Origin: an uncultured Candidatus Saccharibacteria bacterium
GTDB taxonomy: Bacteria > Patescibacteriota > Andersenbacteria > UBA10190
DNA length: 64,000 nucleotides
Direction: 5' to 3'
NCBI GenBank assembly: GCA_964372635.1
Contig: CAYJQW010000001.1
Location: 4,083-68,082, forward strand
Numbering within the stretch: position 1 is the stretch's first letter; every line of letters starts with the position of its first letter. Below, in pieces: positions 48,799-61,352 of the stretch. The notes under the pieces were generated by a model. It saw only the letters and a program-made list of their open reading frames with translations, was not told the origin of the DNA and made no database searches. A program made the translations under genes and the position numbers.

Positions 48799-51078
48799 CT
48801 ACCTAACTTCCGCATCCAGCTCATTTTTTAGAGTATCAATTATGTCATTATGAAGCTCCTTCACGAAGTCTCCAGTCAGAGTTTTGGTTGCCGATCGATA
48901 TTCAATATGAAATGCCAATCCACGATTTTCCTCTTCTTTAGGTACATACTCATCAAATAGTTCCGAGTCGACAACATACATACCACCAACACGCTCAATC
49001 ACTTCTTGTATAGCCTCGACACTAACGTCATTATCTACTAAAACCGAAATATCTCGAAAAACACTGGGATACTTCGGTAGCTGCTTAAAGACAGAAGGAG
49101 TTATGGTCTCGGCTTGAATCTTTTGTAAAGATCGTGTGGTCGGAACAGGTTTTTCAATACCTCTCAATAATTCATCGAGGTCGATCTCAAAACCTTCCAC
49201 AGGTAAGCGATATTTAAGGGTTCTAATGTTATCAGCAATGACAATATTTTTTAGTACTACATGATCAAGACCTAATGCTGTAGCTAGTTTTTGAGAAATA
49301 TCTTGAAGGGAAGGAACTCTACCGACTATTACTGCTGCCAGATTAATTCTTTCAATTGGACCGGAGTAAAAAACATGTCCCAGCTCAAATAAGCCGGTCG
49401 GGTTGCGATGAAAAGCATCTTTATTCTTATCGAGATTGGCCAGTAAGCCAGGAATTAGACTGTCGCGTAAGTACTTACGCTCGGGCGCAGGTGGATTAGA
49501 TAACGCTAATTCTCCCTTAGCCGAAAATGAATAGTTGTACGATTCGGTCAAACCTAATTCTGCTAATATTTCACGCGTGACTTCACGCCAGTATACTTTA
49601 GCCGGTAACTTGGTACTCTTTTCTGTCGTGGGTGATTTGGCGACAATTTTATCAAGGCCAGTGACCCGGATAATTTCCTCGACTAGATCATGCTCCCCCA
49701 CAAGATCTAGACGGTCAGTAGGGACAACAACACGCCAAGGAATCGTTTTATCATTAATATCGCATCGTAATCTGCGCAAGATGCTTTTCGTTTCATGCTC
49801 AGTAAAAACATCTGATCCCGCCACTTCGGCAACACGGGCAAAGCGAAATGGTATTATATGTCCCTTAAACGGTTTGGGATAATTATCAATGACACCAATA
49901 ACTTCGGCCCCGGCTATTTCGCGAAGTAAACCAAGGGCGCGCCGTGCTGCCAGCTCAATAATATTGGGATCTAGATTCTTACTGAAGCGAACGGATGATT
50001 CTGTGCGTAGTCCCAAGCGACGACTGGTTTCCTGAACCCGATAGGCGTTAAAATTGGCAACTTCTAAGAAACCTTGACTGGTTTTCTCTTGAATACCCGA
50101 CTTTTTACCTCCCATGATTCCTGCTAAGGCAACTGTGTTATCGCCTGAAGCTATGACTAAATCATTAGGTTCAAGCACGCGAGTCTCTTCATCAAGCAGG
50201 GTCAATGTTTCGGCACTATGAGCTGGTCTTACACGAATAGTTTTATCAGGCAGAAAATCTTGATCAAAAAGATGAGCTGGGTTTCCGTATTCAAACGTTA
50301 CATAGTTTGTCACATCAATGAGGCTATTAATCGGCTTACCTCCGGCAGAAAGTAAACGCCCTTGTAACCAAAGTGGCGAGGGCGCAGGAGTTAGATTACT
50401 TAATACAGCGCCTAGATACCGTGGACAAAGATGATGATCTTCAACTTTCACCTTAAATCCTTGCACTTCGCTGGAGGTCTCTGGCAAATTAACTAAGTTC
50501 GGTTCGGCCATCTGTAAACTTAAAAGAGCTGCTACTTCACGAGCCACGCCAACGTGACTTAAGCAATCGTGAGCACGATTAGGAGTAATGTCGGCTTCGA
50601 GAATTGTATCGCGGGAAATTAACTGTGATATTTCTTGACCAAGAGGCGCATCTGGTGGAAGAATCCAAATGCCAGCATGGTCATGATGAAGACCAAGTTC
50701 TCGCAGAGAGTTCAACATACCTTTACTCATCACCCCGCGGATTTTTCTTTCCTCGACGATGAAACTTTTACCCTCTTCATCAATTAAAGCTGTTCCGGGA
50801 GCAGAATATGGCACTATCTGACCAACCTCGATATTAGGAGCACCACAAACGACGGTTATTTCCTGATCACCAATAATAATGGTGGCCAGTTGCAAACGAT
50901 CGGCATTAGGATGCTTGGCTATCTTGGAAATTTTGACCGTTATCACCCCGGTCGGAACTCCATATTCTTGCCTGACTACAGTTTCAAAGCTGTGTCTGGT
51001 CAAAAGCTCGGCTAACTCTACCGGTGTCAATGTTAAATCCGAAACTAGAGACTTAAGCCAATTATATGAAATTCTCAT
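48799..51078 (-). CDS. pheT: Phenylalanyl-tRNA synthetase beta subunit
   Basis: 759 aa. Overlaps pheS by 4 nt. Confidence 0.85.
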   Translation of the reverse strand: MRISYNWLKSLVSDLTLTPVELAELLTRHSFETVVRQEYGVPTGVITVKISKIAKHPNADRLQLATIIIGDQEITVVCGAPNIEVGQIVPYSAPGTALIDEEGKSFIVEERKIRGVMSKGMLNSLRELGLHHDHAGIWILPPDAPLGQEISQLISRDTILEADITPNRAHDCLSHVGVAREVAALLSLQMAEPNLVNLPETSSEVQGFKVKVEDHHLCPRYLGAVLSNLTPAPSPLWLQGRLLSAGGKPINSLIDVTNYVTFEYGNPAHLFDQDFLPDKTIRVRPAHSAETLTLLDEETRVLEPNDLVIASGDNTVALAGIMGGKKSGIQEKTSQGFLEVANFNAYRVQETSRRLGLRTESSVRFSKNLDPNIIELAARRALGLLREIAGAEVIGVIDNYPKPFKGHIIPFRFARVAEVAGSDVFTEHETKSILRRLRCDINDKTIPWRVVVPTDRLDLVGEHDLVEEIIRVTGLDKIVAKSPTTEKSTKLPAKVYWREVTREILAELGLTESYNYSFSAKGELALSNPPAPERKYLRDSLIPGLLANLDKNKDAFHRNPTGLFELGHVFYSGPIERINLAAVIVGRVPSLQDISQKLATALGLDHVVLKNIVIADNIRTLKYRLPVEGFEIDLDELLRGIEKPVPTTRSLQKIQAETITPSVFKQLPKYPSVFRDISVLVDNDVSVEAIQEVIERVGGMYVVDSELFDEYVPKEEENRGLAFHIEYRSATKTLTGDFVKELHNDIIDTLKNELDAEVR

Positions 51079-52097
51079 GAAAATTGCTCTAAAAATCTAA
51101 TATCACCTGACCAAAATAATCTGATATCATCGATCCTATACCAAAGCATAGCCAAGCGATCAATTGCTGCCCCCATGGCGATACCCTGCCATTTTTTCGG
51201 ATCTACATTCATGTTTCTCAGCACATTAGGATGGACCATACCGGCACCGGCCATTTCAATCCAAGTGGTAAATTTACACACACGGCAGCCTTTATTACAA
51301 AAAACACAGCTCATATCAACCTCTAAACCTGGCTCCACAAAGGGAAAATACGAGGGACGAAAACGAATTTTAACTTGGCGGCCGAAAAAAGTGGAGTAGA
51401 CACTATCTGTAATGCCTTTTAAGTCGGCAATAGTAATATTTTGACTAACAACGATATATTCAAATTGATGAAAAGTATTTTCATGAGAAGCGTCTACTTT
51501 TTCATGCCTAAAACAGCGATCGTAATACATAAAACGAAATGGTGGCTTTAAATCGTTTTCAATAACGGCTCGAACCTGCAGCGGGGATACATGAGTACGC
51601 AAAACTAAATCAGGATGATGCTCTATGTAAAATGTGTCCATTAGAGATCGGGCTGGATGTTCAAGAGTTATATTGAGTTGGTCAAAGTTATATTTAGCCT
51701 GTTCAAGCTCTGGACCTTCAACAATCAAAAATCCCATGCTGGAAAAAATTTCTATAAGCCTTCGGATAGTAAGACTTATAGGGTGAATATGCCCATGAGC
51801 TGGTTCATGTCTTTTAGTATCTACCCCATGCTCACTGCTTAAAAATTCCCCCGTAATCTTCTTTTGTTCATATTTTTCTTCCAGTTCACGACGTAACTCA
51901 TTGGCTTTTTTTCCAATTTTTATACGCTCTGTTTCCGGTAAATCTTTTATCCCGCGCAGAAGTATCGGCATGATCCCCTTTCGTCCCAGATATGTAATAC
52001 GCCAGGATTCAAATTCCTGTGCAGTCTTAGACTGAGCCAAAGCCCCGAGAGCTTCCAGCTCAAGATGCTCGAGGTATTGAATAGAAATATCGGACAT
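51075..52097 (-). CDS. pheS: Phenylalanyl-tRNA synthetase alpha subunit
   Basis: Class II motifs (FRPSYFPFVEPG, GAGMVHP). Confidence 0.9.
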   Translation of the reverse strand: MSDISIQYLEHLELEALGALAQSKTAQEFESWRITYLGRKGIMPILLRGIKDLPETERIKIGKKANELRRELEEKYEQKKITGEFLSSEHGVDTKRHEPAHGHIHPISLTIRRLIEIFSSMGFLIVEGPELEQAKYNFDQLNITLEHPARSLMDTFYIEHHPDLVLRTHVSPLQVRAVIENDLKPPFRFMYYDRCFRHEKVDASHENTFHQFEYIVVSQNITIADLKGITDSVYSTFFGRQVKIRFRPSYFPFVEPGLEVDMSCVFCNKGCRVCKFTTWIEMAGAGMVHPNVLRNMNVDPKKWQGIAMGAAIDRLAMLWYRIDDIRLFWSGDIRFLEQFS

Positions 52098-52128
52098 AAA
52101 TTATGACAAAATGTTTGTTTAATTGAAG

Positions 52129-52551
52129 TTATTGGCGAGGAAAGTCATTGGTTTTTGGCCTTAATCTATCTCGTGACGCTCTATCATAGCTAAAGAAGAT
52201 TAGTTCAAAAGATATAAATATGGCAATAACAATGATGGAAATCCACCAACGATACAAGCGAAGTAATTGTAAAAATAATAGTATATCAACAAAAAGTCCC
52301 GTCATTAAACCATGGCGTACAGAAGTACGGACCAAATAGGTTGGAAAATGTCTGGGGAAAATGAGCCGCCTGATCACGTAACCTATCACCGCGACAACGC
52401 TTGATAACAGCACAAAAAGACTCATAAAAAACAAGATGAATCCTATTGCTCCTGCCATATAGGGATTTAACTGTGTAATGGTGACAATCAATATTCCAGC
52501 ACTAACAAATGATGTCAGCACAGAGCCAATGATAAAAGTTCTTAAGGTCAT
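52129..52551 (-). CDS. Hypothetical integral membrane protein
   Basis: Four TM segments. Confidence 0.4.
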   Translation of the reverse strand: MTLRTFIIGSVLTSFVSAGILIVTITQLNPYMAGAIGFILFFMSLFVLLSSVVAVIGYVIRRLIFPRHFPTYLVRTSVRHGLMTGLFVDILLFLQLLRLYRWWISIIVIAIFISFELIFFSYDRASRDRLRPKTNDFPRQ

Positions 52552-53046
52552 AAGTGAATATTAGGATAATTTCCGTCTCAACTTAGTTTAGCAGAAGGCT
52601 ATGGCTGAGCATAAAAAGGCTTTGGACTAAAATCATCGTCTTCATCTTTGGTAGTGATGAAGCAGATTCTTCTGTGCTTGAGCGAACTCAAAACCCACTT
52701 ACTGATTAAAAGAAAACTACCAACCCCATCTTATTTGCCGAGTGGAGGATAAAAAGAAGCGCCTGGACGCAATTGCATTCAGACGCTCCCTACTGCTTTT
52801 ATTCTGTGGCGATGAGGTTATCTCCCCCTGAGACTCTTTAAAGTAGCTAGATTAATTCTTGAGCCACCATACACCACCCCACAAGATGATTGCTATGATG
52901 ACAAGCCAGCGTAGCGACAATGGCTCTGGATCTTTCTCCGGCAGCTCATACGGCTGCATATCTGGATCATCAGGCATAGCTGCTAAACTTAGCGCACCTT
53001 TTAGCGTTACGCAATAGCAGCATTCTAAACCACAATTTAGTTTATA

Positions 53047-53532
53047 TTAAGGAATGTCAGATGTATCCTTATAAGACACGGTTTGAGACCTTTTGGCTAT
53101 GGAAATTAGTGCACGAAGGATGACTAGTGAAGCAATAATGACCGTTAAATGAAAAGTGTAATCAATGGCTATTAACATCCAAAGATTATCTCCCGCAGAA
53201 ATATGAAACCCAATATGCGGCCACCACGATGCAAAAAGCCAAACAGTCGAGACAAAAACCGCCGTTTTTTCTTTACGAGTTCTAAGCGGCAACCATTTAA
53301 ATAGTGGCCAGCCCCAGACCAAAAGTACCATACCCAGCCCGAAAAGTAACGACTGGACAAGATCAAGAAAAATCAAAAATGGCCATTGAGCACCATGGGG
53401 AAAAGGTCCTTCAGGAGGCAGCGGCCAGAGAAAGGAACCAATAATAAATGCGGCTATGCCTACGGTTACTGTGCCTATAAGAAACTTTCTCTTCACACGA
53501 TTAATATTGCATATAAACGTCGGGAAGAACAA
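53047..53532 (-). CDS. Hypothetical integral membrane protein
   Basis: Four or five TM segments. Confidence 0.4.
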   Translation of the reverse strand: MFFPTFICNINRVKRKFLIGTVTVGIAAFIIGSFLWPLPPEGPFPHGAQWPFLIFLDLVQSLLFGLGMVLLVWGWPLFKWLPLRTRKEKTAVFVSTVWLFASWWPHIGFHISAGDNLWMLIAIDYTFHLTVIIASLVILRALISIAKRSQTVSYKDTSDIP

Positions 53533-53550
53533 TCAGACATAAGAAATCTT

Positions 53551-53627
53551 TGGCGGACCCGGCCGGGCTCGAACCGGTGACCTCTTCCGTGACAGGGAAG
53601 CGCTCTAACCAACTGAGCTACGGGTCC
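53551..53627 (-). tRNA. tRNA-Asp (GTC), CCA encoded
   Basis: The reverse complement folds into a cloverleaf with anticodon loop CTGTCAC, T-loop TTCGAGC and an encoded CCA. 49-65 is an A.C mismatch. Confidence 0.8.
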
Positions 53628-53934
53628 TTACTATGCTCTGTCCTCTCGACAGAGCTACACTGGACAAGATACAGCTAATAACTAATATTTGTCCCGCGAA
53701 GCTCTCTAAAGAAATTCTGAGCAAAAAGGTAAAGATAAGAGTCCTGTTTTGCTAGAATATTGAAGATCTGTCTGTTTGTCTATATTGTGTCTGTACCTAG
53801 ACACGGCTGCAATATTTTTACCAAGCCAGATAGGTTAGAGCAGATCATATCGTAAAAAATCCTGATATGGTACTGATGTGGCGGGCCCTGCCCGCCGTAG
53901 TTCTAAAGCTCGTCGCAGAGCAAAGGCGGGGTAG

Positions 53935-54008
53935 CTCAGTTGGTTAGAGCGCGGGACTCATAAGCCCGAGGTCGCGAGTTCGATTCTCGCCCCCGCTACA
54001 AATTAAAA
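53935..54008 (+). tRNA. tRNA-Met (CAT), elongator-like; tRNA-Ile2 not excluded
   Basis: GGCGGGG..CCCCGCTA acceptor with G1.U72. Canonical GG D-loop and TTCGATT T-loop. Anticodon loop CTCATAA. 31-39 is A.G. CCA is not encoded. Confidence 0.75.
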
Positions 54009-54491
54009 GTTAAGGTCTTAAAGTCACTTGACGAACTTACGTCAACTTTCACGCGACAACGAAAATTAATCGTTTTTAACCACCTCAGTGATATACCCTA
54101 CAGACATATTTGTAGGGATTTTACACATCCGGCGTATCGAGTGATCGAGTCTATAACGGGCAACCCCGCCTAAGGCGGGGTTGTTGAGATATGCTGGTTC
54201 CTTCACAGATACTGATACCAAAACACGAGCGTATTCCGTATCATGATCTTGAGAAGGAACAACAAGCGATATACTCCTTTGTAAGGCCAGTAGTTCGATT
54301 TGTGTGCATTACCCTCATTTAAGAAAGGGTTATTAAATCGTTTACTGGTATGTCATCAGCATCGCGAATATTAGCTTGCGACGCAATGGTTTTAAGGCAC
54401 CAGTTTGTCAATCTTGCTTGACGTCTTATTTTATTGTAAACTACAAGACCATAGCCGCCTAATCGTGCCATCGGTGCCTTGGTGGTATTAT

Positions 54492-54566
54492 CGCGGGGTG
54501 GAGAAGTAGTATCTCGCCTGGCTCATAACCAGGAAATCGCTGGTGCAATTCCAGCCCCCGCTACCA
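54492..54566 (+). tRNA. Initiator-type tRNA-Met (CAT) with non-canonical D- and T-loops; CCA encoded
   Basis: Tracks E. coli tRNA-fMet arm by arm (CGCGGGG-TG-..-CTCATAA-..-CCCCGCT-A-CCA) with a 1:72 mismatch (C.U). The D-loop AGTAGTA lacks G18G19. The T-loop is TGCAATT. Confidence 0.6.
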
Positions 54567-54610
54567 TAATCTCACACTGCTTTTAGGTAGACTGCAGTAT
54601 ACTATCTGAC

Positions 54611-56203
54611 ATGAATACTCTACCCACTCCCCGTCCATTGGTGGTAATAATTCTTGATGGTTGGGGTATAAGTTTCGTGCAGAAAGGTAACGCCATTACG
54701 GCGGCAAAAACTCCAATGATGACCCATTTTGCCCTGTCATATCCAACTGCCGCTATTCTGGCAGCGGGTATTGAAGTTGGGCTGCCCTGGGGTGAAGTAG
54801 GAAATTCTGAAACTGGACATAGCAACATTGGAGCTGGTGATGTTCAGTACCAACCACTACCAAAAATAGATAAGGCGATTGAAGATGGATCTTTTTTCAA
54901 AAATCGAGTTCTGCTTGATGCTATTGCTCATGTCTCGAAAAATAAATCTCAGCTCCACCTGATGGGATTAATTGGTCCGGGCGGGGTGCATGCACATAGT
55001 AATCACTTATATGCTCTATTAGAGTTAATTCGTTCAACGAAGGTGCGTGATCAAACTTTTATCCATGCTTTTACTGACGGTCGAGATTCGCCACCACAAA
55101 GCGCTATAGCGCATTTACAAGCCTTGGAAAACACTATCGGTAAATATGGAGTTGGCAGAATTGCCTCAGTCACGGGTCGTTTGTATGCCATGGATCGTAA
55201 TTTGAATTGGGAGCGTACCCAACAAACTTATAATATGCTGACTGGCGGTCCAAGAGGGGCTGGGGCTTCATCGCCAAGCCAAGCTGTACAACAATGGTAC
55301 GACCAAGGTATTTATGATGAGATGTTACCACCAACAGCGATGACACGTGGTGGTGGCCCGATAGCGGTAATAAAGGAAAACGATGCAGTAATTTTCTTTA
55401 ACTTCCGACCTGACCGTGCCCGTCAATTGACACGTGCATTTGTGGATAAGGAGTTCACCGGTTTTGATCGAATAATTCCCGAGAATATTTATTTTGCTAC
55501 TCTGTATCAATATGATAAGACACTGCCTGCTCCGGCAGCTTTTATTGATTTACCCAGCGAACAGCCGTTGGCACGAATTATCTCTGAGGCAAACTTACGT
55601 CAGCTTCATATTGCTGAAACTGAAAAATATGCGCACGTGACCTATTATTTAAATGGCGGACACGAAGACCCTTTCCCGCAGGAGAAACATGTCCTAGTAG
55701 AATCATCTAGGGTTAAAAACTTTGCCCAAGAGCCACACATGGCCGCTAGCGCCATAACTGATCACATTCTGCAAGAAATAAAAAATCAGTCTTATGAAAT
55801 CTACTTCGTTAATTATGCTAACGCGGACATGGTAGGACACACTGGTAATTATGAGGCGACTGTCGAAGCCTGTTCTTTCGTGGATACACAACTTAGACGC
55901 TTATACGACAGAGTTGTTCTAAACGGAGGTGCATTATTAATAACCGCTGATCATGGCAATGCCGAAGAAATGCTTAATCCGCAGACAGGCTCAATCCAAA
56001 CTGATCACTCAAGTAACCCCGTACCGCTCCATTATGTCAACGAACAGCTAAGGCATACACCCAGAAGCGAGGCAGAAATGACAAGTCTTTACTCCTCACC
56101 AATCGGCGTCTTGGCCGATATTGCACCGACAATATTAGATATATTAAATATCGATAAACCAACTGCAATGACAGGCATCTCTCTATTATCTTCCCTGCAG
56201 TAA
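54611..56203 (+). CDS. gpmI: 2,3-bisphosphoglycerate-independent phosphoglycerate mutase
   Basis: N-terminus PLVVIILDGWG and a C-terminal metal-binding (Mn/alkaline-phosphatase-like) domain. Confidence 0.85.
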   Translation: MNTLPTPRPLVVIILDGWGISFVQKGNAITAAKTPMMTHFALSYPTAAILAAGIEVGLPWGEVGNSETGHSNIGAGDVQYQPLPKIDKAIEDGSFFKNRVLLDAIAHVSKNKSQLHLMGLIGPGGVHAHSNHLYALLELIRSTKVRDQTFIHAFTDGRDSPPQSAIAHLQALENTIGKYGVGRIASVTGRLYAMDRNLNWERTQQTYNMLTGGPRGAGASSPSQAVQQWYDQGIYDEMLPPTAMTRGGGPIAVIKENDAVIFFNFRPDRARQLTRAFVDKEFTGFDRIIPENIYFATLYQYDKTLPAPAAFIDLPSEQPLARIISEANLRQLHIAETEKYAHVTYYLNGGHEDPFPQEKHVLVESSRVKNFAQEPHMAASAITDHILQEIKNQSYEIYFVNYANADMVGHTGNYEATVEACSFVDTQLRRLYDRVVLNGGALLITADHGNAEEMLNPQTGSIQTDHSSNPVPLHYVNEQLRHTPRSEAEMTSLYSSPIGVLADIAPTILDILNIDKPTAMTGISLLSSLQ

Positions 56204-56299
56204 AAATCCGGAACAAAGAAAATATTTCAGAATAGGAGTCTACACTTATGAGTGTTGGTCCTTGCCAATGACTGTTCGTCAGAAAAATTATAAAAACTA

Positions 56300-57775
56300 C
56301 TATTTCTTTTTTGGTATCTTTGGCTGTTTTAGGTGCCAGTCAGTTGATTGTTGATAAGAATGCCCAACTGTAAATAATAGTTCTTCCTTAAAATGGGGTG
56401 CCATTATTTGCATTCCTACCGGCAGGCCGTCGACAAAGCCGGCGGGTATGGATATTACGGGGATGCCAGCAAGGGGTTGGGCTACAACTAGAGCATCCGT
56501 CATATACATGGCAAGCGGATCGTCAGCCTTGGTACCTATGGGAAATGCTACTTCAGGAACAGTTGGACCAACAATAACATCAACTTGGGTGAAGACCTGA
56601 TCAAATTCCTGGCGAATCTGTTGGCGCACTTTACTGGCCTGTTTATACCAAGCATCATAGTATCCGCTAGAAAGTGCGTATGTTCCCATTAAAATCGTGC
56701 GTTTCACTTCTGGGCCAAAACCGGAACCTCTTGATTCAATATAGTGATCCAGAAGCTTCTCGGCGTTAATATCTTGATGACCATAGCGAATTGCATCATA
56801 CCGACTAAGATTGGTTGATCCTTCTGATTTAGCAATCAGGTAATAAACGGGGACAGCGACTGCTGTGAGCGGTAAATTTACTTCAATAATTTCTGCGCCA
56901 AGTTTTTTTAATTCCGCGATCGCCTGATGGACTGTGTAAGCAACTGCCGGTGTGATGCCATCACCAAAATATTCCTGCGGGATACCAATTTTAAGATTTT
57001 TAACCGGTTCATGACAAGCAGCCAGATAATTTCCTACTGGTTCAGGCGAGCTGGTGGCATCACGCGCATCCGCCCCAGCTAATATTTGTAACATAAGCGC
57101 TGTATCCTCTACTGAGCGAGTAATCGGTCCTATCTGGTCTAAGCTCGAACCATAAGCGATTACTCCGAAACGACTGATTCGTCCATAAGTCGGTCTCAAA
57201 CCAACAGTGTTACAGAAGCTGCTTGGGTGACGCACGGATCCGCCGGTGTCCGTGCCTAGTGCAATTGTTACCTCATCTGTTATTACTGCAGCGGCTGAGC
57301 CACCCGAACTACCCCCTGGCACAAGACTGGTGTCCCAAGGATTCTTGGTGACAGCAAAGTCAGAGTATTCTGTGCTAGAACCCATGGCGTACGCATCACA
57401 ATTAACTTTACCGATAGTAATACCGCCGGCTGCTTTCAGTTTGGCAACAGCCGTAGCCTCGTAAGGTGATCTGAAATCACGTAGCATATTTGAGGCGGCT
57501 TGAGTATGGCCCTCTAATGTACAGATAACGTCTTTAATGCCAATCGGAATACCTCCTAAGTTTATCGCTGTTGATAAATCCTGTTTGGCAGAGCGAGTTG
57601 ATCTTTTTTTATCCCATTTACTTGCTTCCTCACGTGCTTCATCAATGAGAACCTCAACAAAGGCGCTGATATGAGGCTCCCATTGCTCAATCGTTTTCAA
57701 TGATGCATCAATAAGCTCGACCGATGATATTTCTTTTCTATCAAGAGCCTGTTTTGTTTCAAATAAAGATCTCAC
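56300..57775 (-). CDS. gatA: Glu/Asp-tRNA amidotransferase subunit A
   Basis: Amidase signature GGSSGGSAAAV. Confidence 0.9.
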   Translation of the reverse strand: MRSLFETKQALDRKEISSVELIDASLKTIEQWEPHISAFVEVLIDEAREEASKWDKKRSTRSAKQDLSTAINLGGIPIGIKDVICTLEGHTQAASNMLRDFRSPYEATAVAKLKAAGGITIGKVNCDAYAMGSSTEYSDFAVTKNPWDTSLVPGGSSGGSAAAVITDEVTIALGTDTGGSVRHPSSFCNTVGLRPTYGRISRFGVIAYGSSLDQIGPITRSVEDTALMLQILAGADARDATSSPEPVGNYLAACHEPVKNLKIGIPQEYFGDGITPAVAYTVHQAIAELKKLGAEIIEVNLPLTAVAVPVYYLIAKSEGSTNLSRYDAIRYGHQDINAEKLLDHYIESRGSGFGPEVKRTILMGTYALSSGYYDAWYKQASKVRQQIRQEFDQVFTQVDVIVGPTVPEVAFPIGTKADDPLAMYMTDALVVAQPLAGIPVISIPAGFVDGLPVGMQIMAPHFKEELLFTVGHSYQQSTDWHLKQPKIPKKK

Positions 57776-57777
57776 AA

Positions 57778-58077
57778 CTAGTCAAAAACGGCTTTAACTT
57801 TGATCTGATTATTTTGAATTTTTGGCGCTCCTGATAATAAATCTGTAGTCGCGCAGAGAACCTCTACTTCGGCTACATCATCACGCATTATATTAGACAA
57901 ACCAGTCGTATTAGTTGTGACCGGCGCATTGTTTGTATCAACACCTTGAATCCTAGAAAAATGGTCTAAGATACTTTTCAAATTGTGGGCAGCTTTTTCA
58001 GCCTCATCTTCCGTTAAGCCTAAGCGAGCCAAAGCGGCTATGCGTTTCACTTCTTCTGGTGATATTTTTAGCGACAT
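57778..58077 (-). CDS. gatC: Glu/Asp-tRNA amidotransferase subunit C
   Basis: 99 aa, immediately upstream of gatA in the same orientation. Confidence 0.8.
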   Translation of the reverse strand: MSLKISPEEVKRIAALARLGLTEDEAEKAAHNLKSILDHFSRIQGVDTNNAPVTTNTTGLSNIMRDDVAEVEVLCATTDLLSGAPKIQNNQIKVKAVFD

Positions 58078-58079
58078 GA

Positions 58080-60074
<1,995 letters not shown>

Positions 60075-60281
60075 TCAGTATTCATCAATAAACACAAAAC
60101 TCTGAAAAATAGACCACCAACATTAGCGACTGCCGTGGCGGCGATCCTTTTTTGGCCGGCTATTCATGCCCTAATCATGATCTACACAGTAGGCAGACTT
60201 AAATTTAAGCTTTAGAATTTGATGCTTTAGTGGAGCTAATATACGCATTTTAGTTAGCTCACACTTTTTTAAAATATAGGC

Positions 60282-60737
60282 CTAATTAAGATCACACCCC
60301 AGCGGAATGATTTTTAATCGCCGCGTTTCACCGTGATATGTCCCAGATACGCTGACACATTCTTGCCCCGGTTTTCCTGGCACTGAGATTATTTTGGCAG
60401 AACCGCTAAATTCTGCCCTACCTTCAATACCAGTATAGTCAAGATTACCAGCCACCGATACGCCATTTGTTTGAAACTGCTTGACCAGACTATAACGAGC
60501 TTCCTCAAGAGCACTGTTAGCTGCATATATAGCCCTCTCGGCAATTACCACATCACCGGCCAGACGAAGCTGGCGGCTTAGTATTGTCCCAAAGAATACA
60601 GCTGAAGATAAGATAATAGCCAGAAGAATAAGGGACATAGTAATAGAGATATCGCCCTTTTGAGAAGCTCCTGGAAATTTATGACTTGGTGATTCCGCGG
60701 CTTTATCTAGATCTTGATTTCGTTTCATGGTGTACAA
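60282..60737 (-). CDS. Hypothetical membrane protein in the pilin cluster
   Basis: A single TM. No GFTLxE motif. Confidence 0.35.
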   Translation of the reverse strand: MYTMKRNQDLDKAAESPSHKFPGASQKGDISITMSLILLAIILSSAVFFGTILSRQLRLAGDVVIAERAIYAANSALEEARYSLVKQFQTNGVSVAGNLDYTGIEGRAEFSGSAKIISVPGKPGQECVSVSGTYHGETRRLKIIPLGCDLN

Positions 60738-60746
60738 ATTATGAGT

Positions 60747-61346
60747 TTAATACGGTCGTATCTGCCGCGATGAAATACTACTCTGAATTTTTATTTCAGT
60801 TGAATTAGTTTTCCTACCCGCAGTTAATAACATGGTTACTAGTCCCTGTGATGTCAGCGTATCCCCAGCCGTGTTAGTGCCCGCCCGATCAGCAACAAAG
60901 TTGATTTGCGTTATTCCAGTATTCGGATCATTTATCGGAATTTTCTCCTTATCATTAACGTATAAGGCTGGGTTCTGACAATCGGCTACAGCTGAAGTTG
61001 TAACCTGTGCCCTAGTGATACGGGTTCCGATAAGACTATAAAGTACGCAGTTGCGATCTTCATTACGGAAGGCCAGAGTTGATTGATCACTGCCAATATT
61101 ACCAAAAGTTGTGCCAAAACCCGTTCTTATTTCACGATTCATAAGCTCAAGAACTAGCCGGATATCTTCATGTAATTCTTCTTCCTCAATGACAGCTCTC
61201 TGATTCACCACAAAGTTTGTAAAGATACCCAGACTAATGATAATGATCGTGGCAAATATACCGAGCGCCACGACAATTTCGATCAAGGTAAAACCGGCTT
61301 GGCCCTTGTAGCTCGTCAAATCTTTAATTGATCGCAATGAGTTCAT
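60747..61346 (-). CDS. Type IV pilin-like protein (prepilin N-terminal methylation motif)
   Basis: KGQAG|FTLIEIVVALGI class III signal. Confidence 0.7.
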   Translation of the reverse strand: MNSLRSIKDLTSYKGQAGFTLIEIVVALGIFATIIIISLGIFTNFVVNQRAVIEEEELHEDIRLVLELMNREIRTGFGTTFGNIGSDQSTLAFRNEDRNCVLYSLIGTRITRAQVTTSAVADCQNPALYVNDKEKIPINDPNTGITQINFVADRAGTNTAGDTLTSQGLVTMLLTAGRKTNSTEIKIQSSISSRQIRPY

Positions 61347-61352
61347 GGTAAT

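Noticed and set aside
54583-54828. Minus-strand 81-aa ORF
   Set aside because: It overlaps the gpmI start and lies antisense to a well-supported gene.
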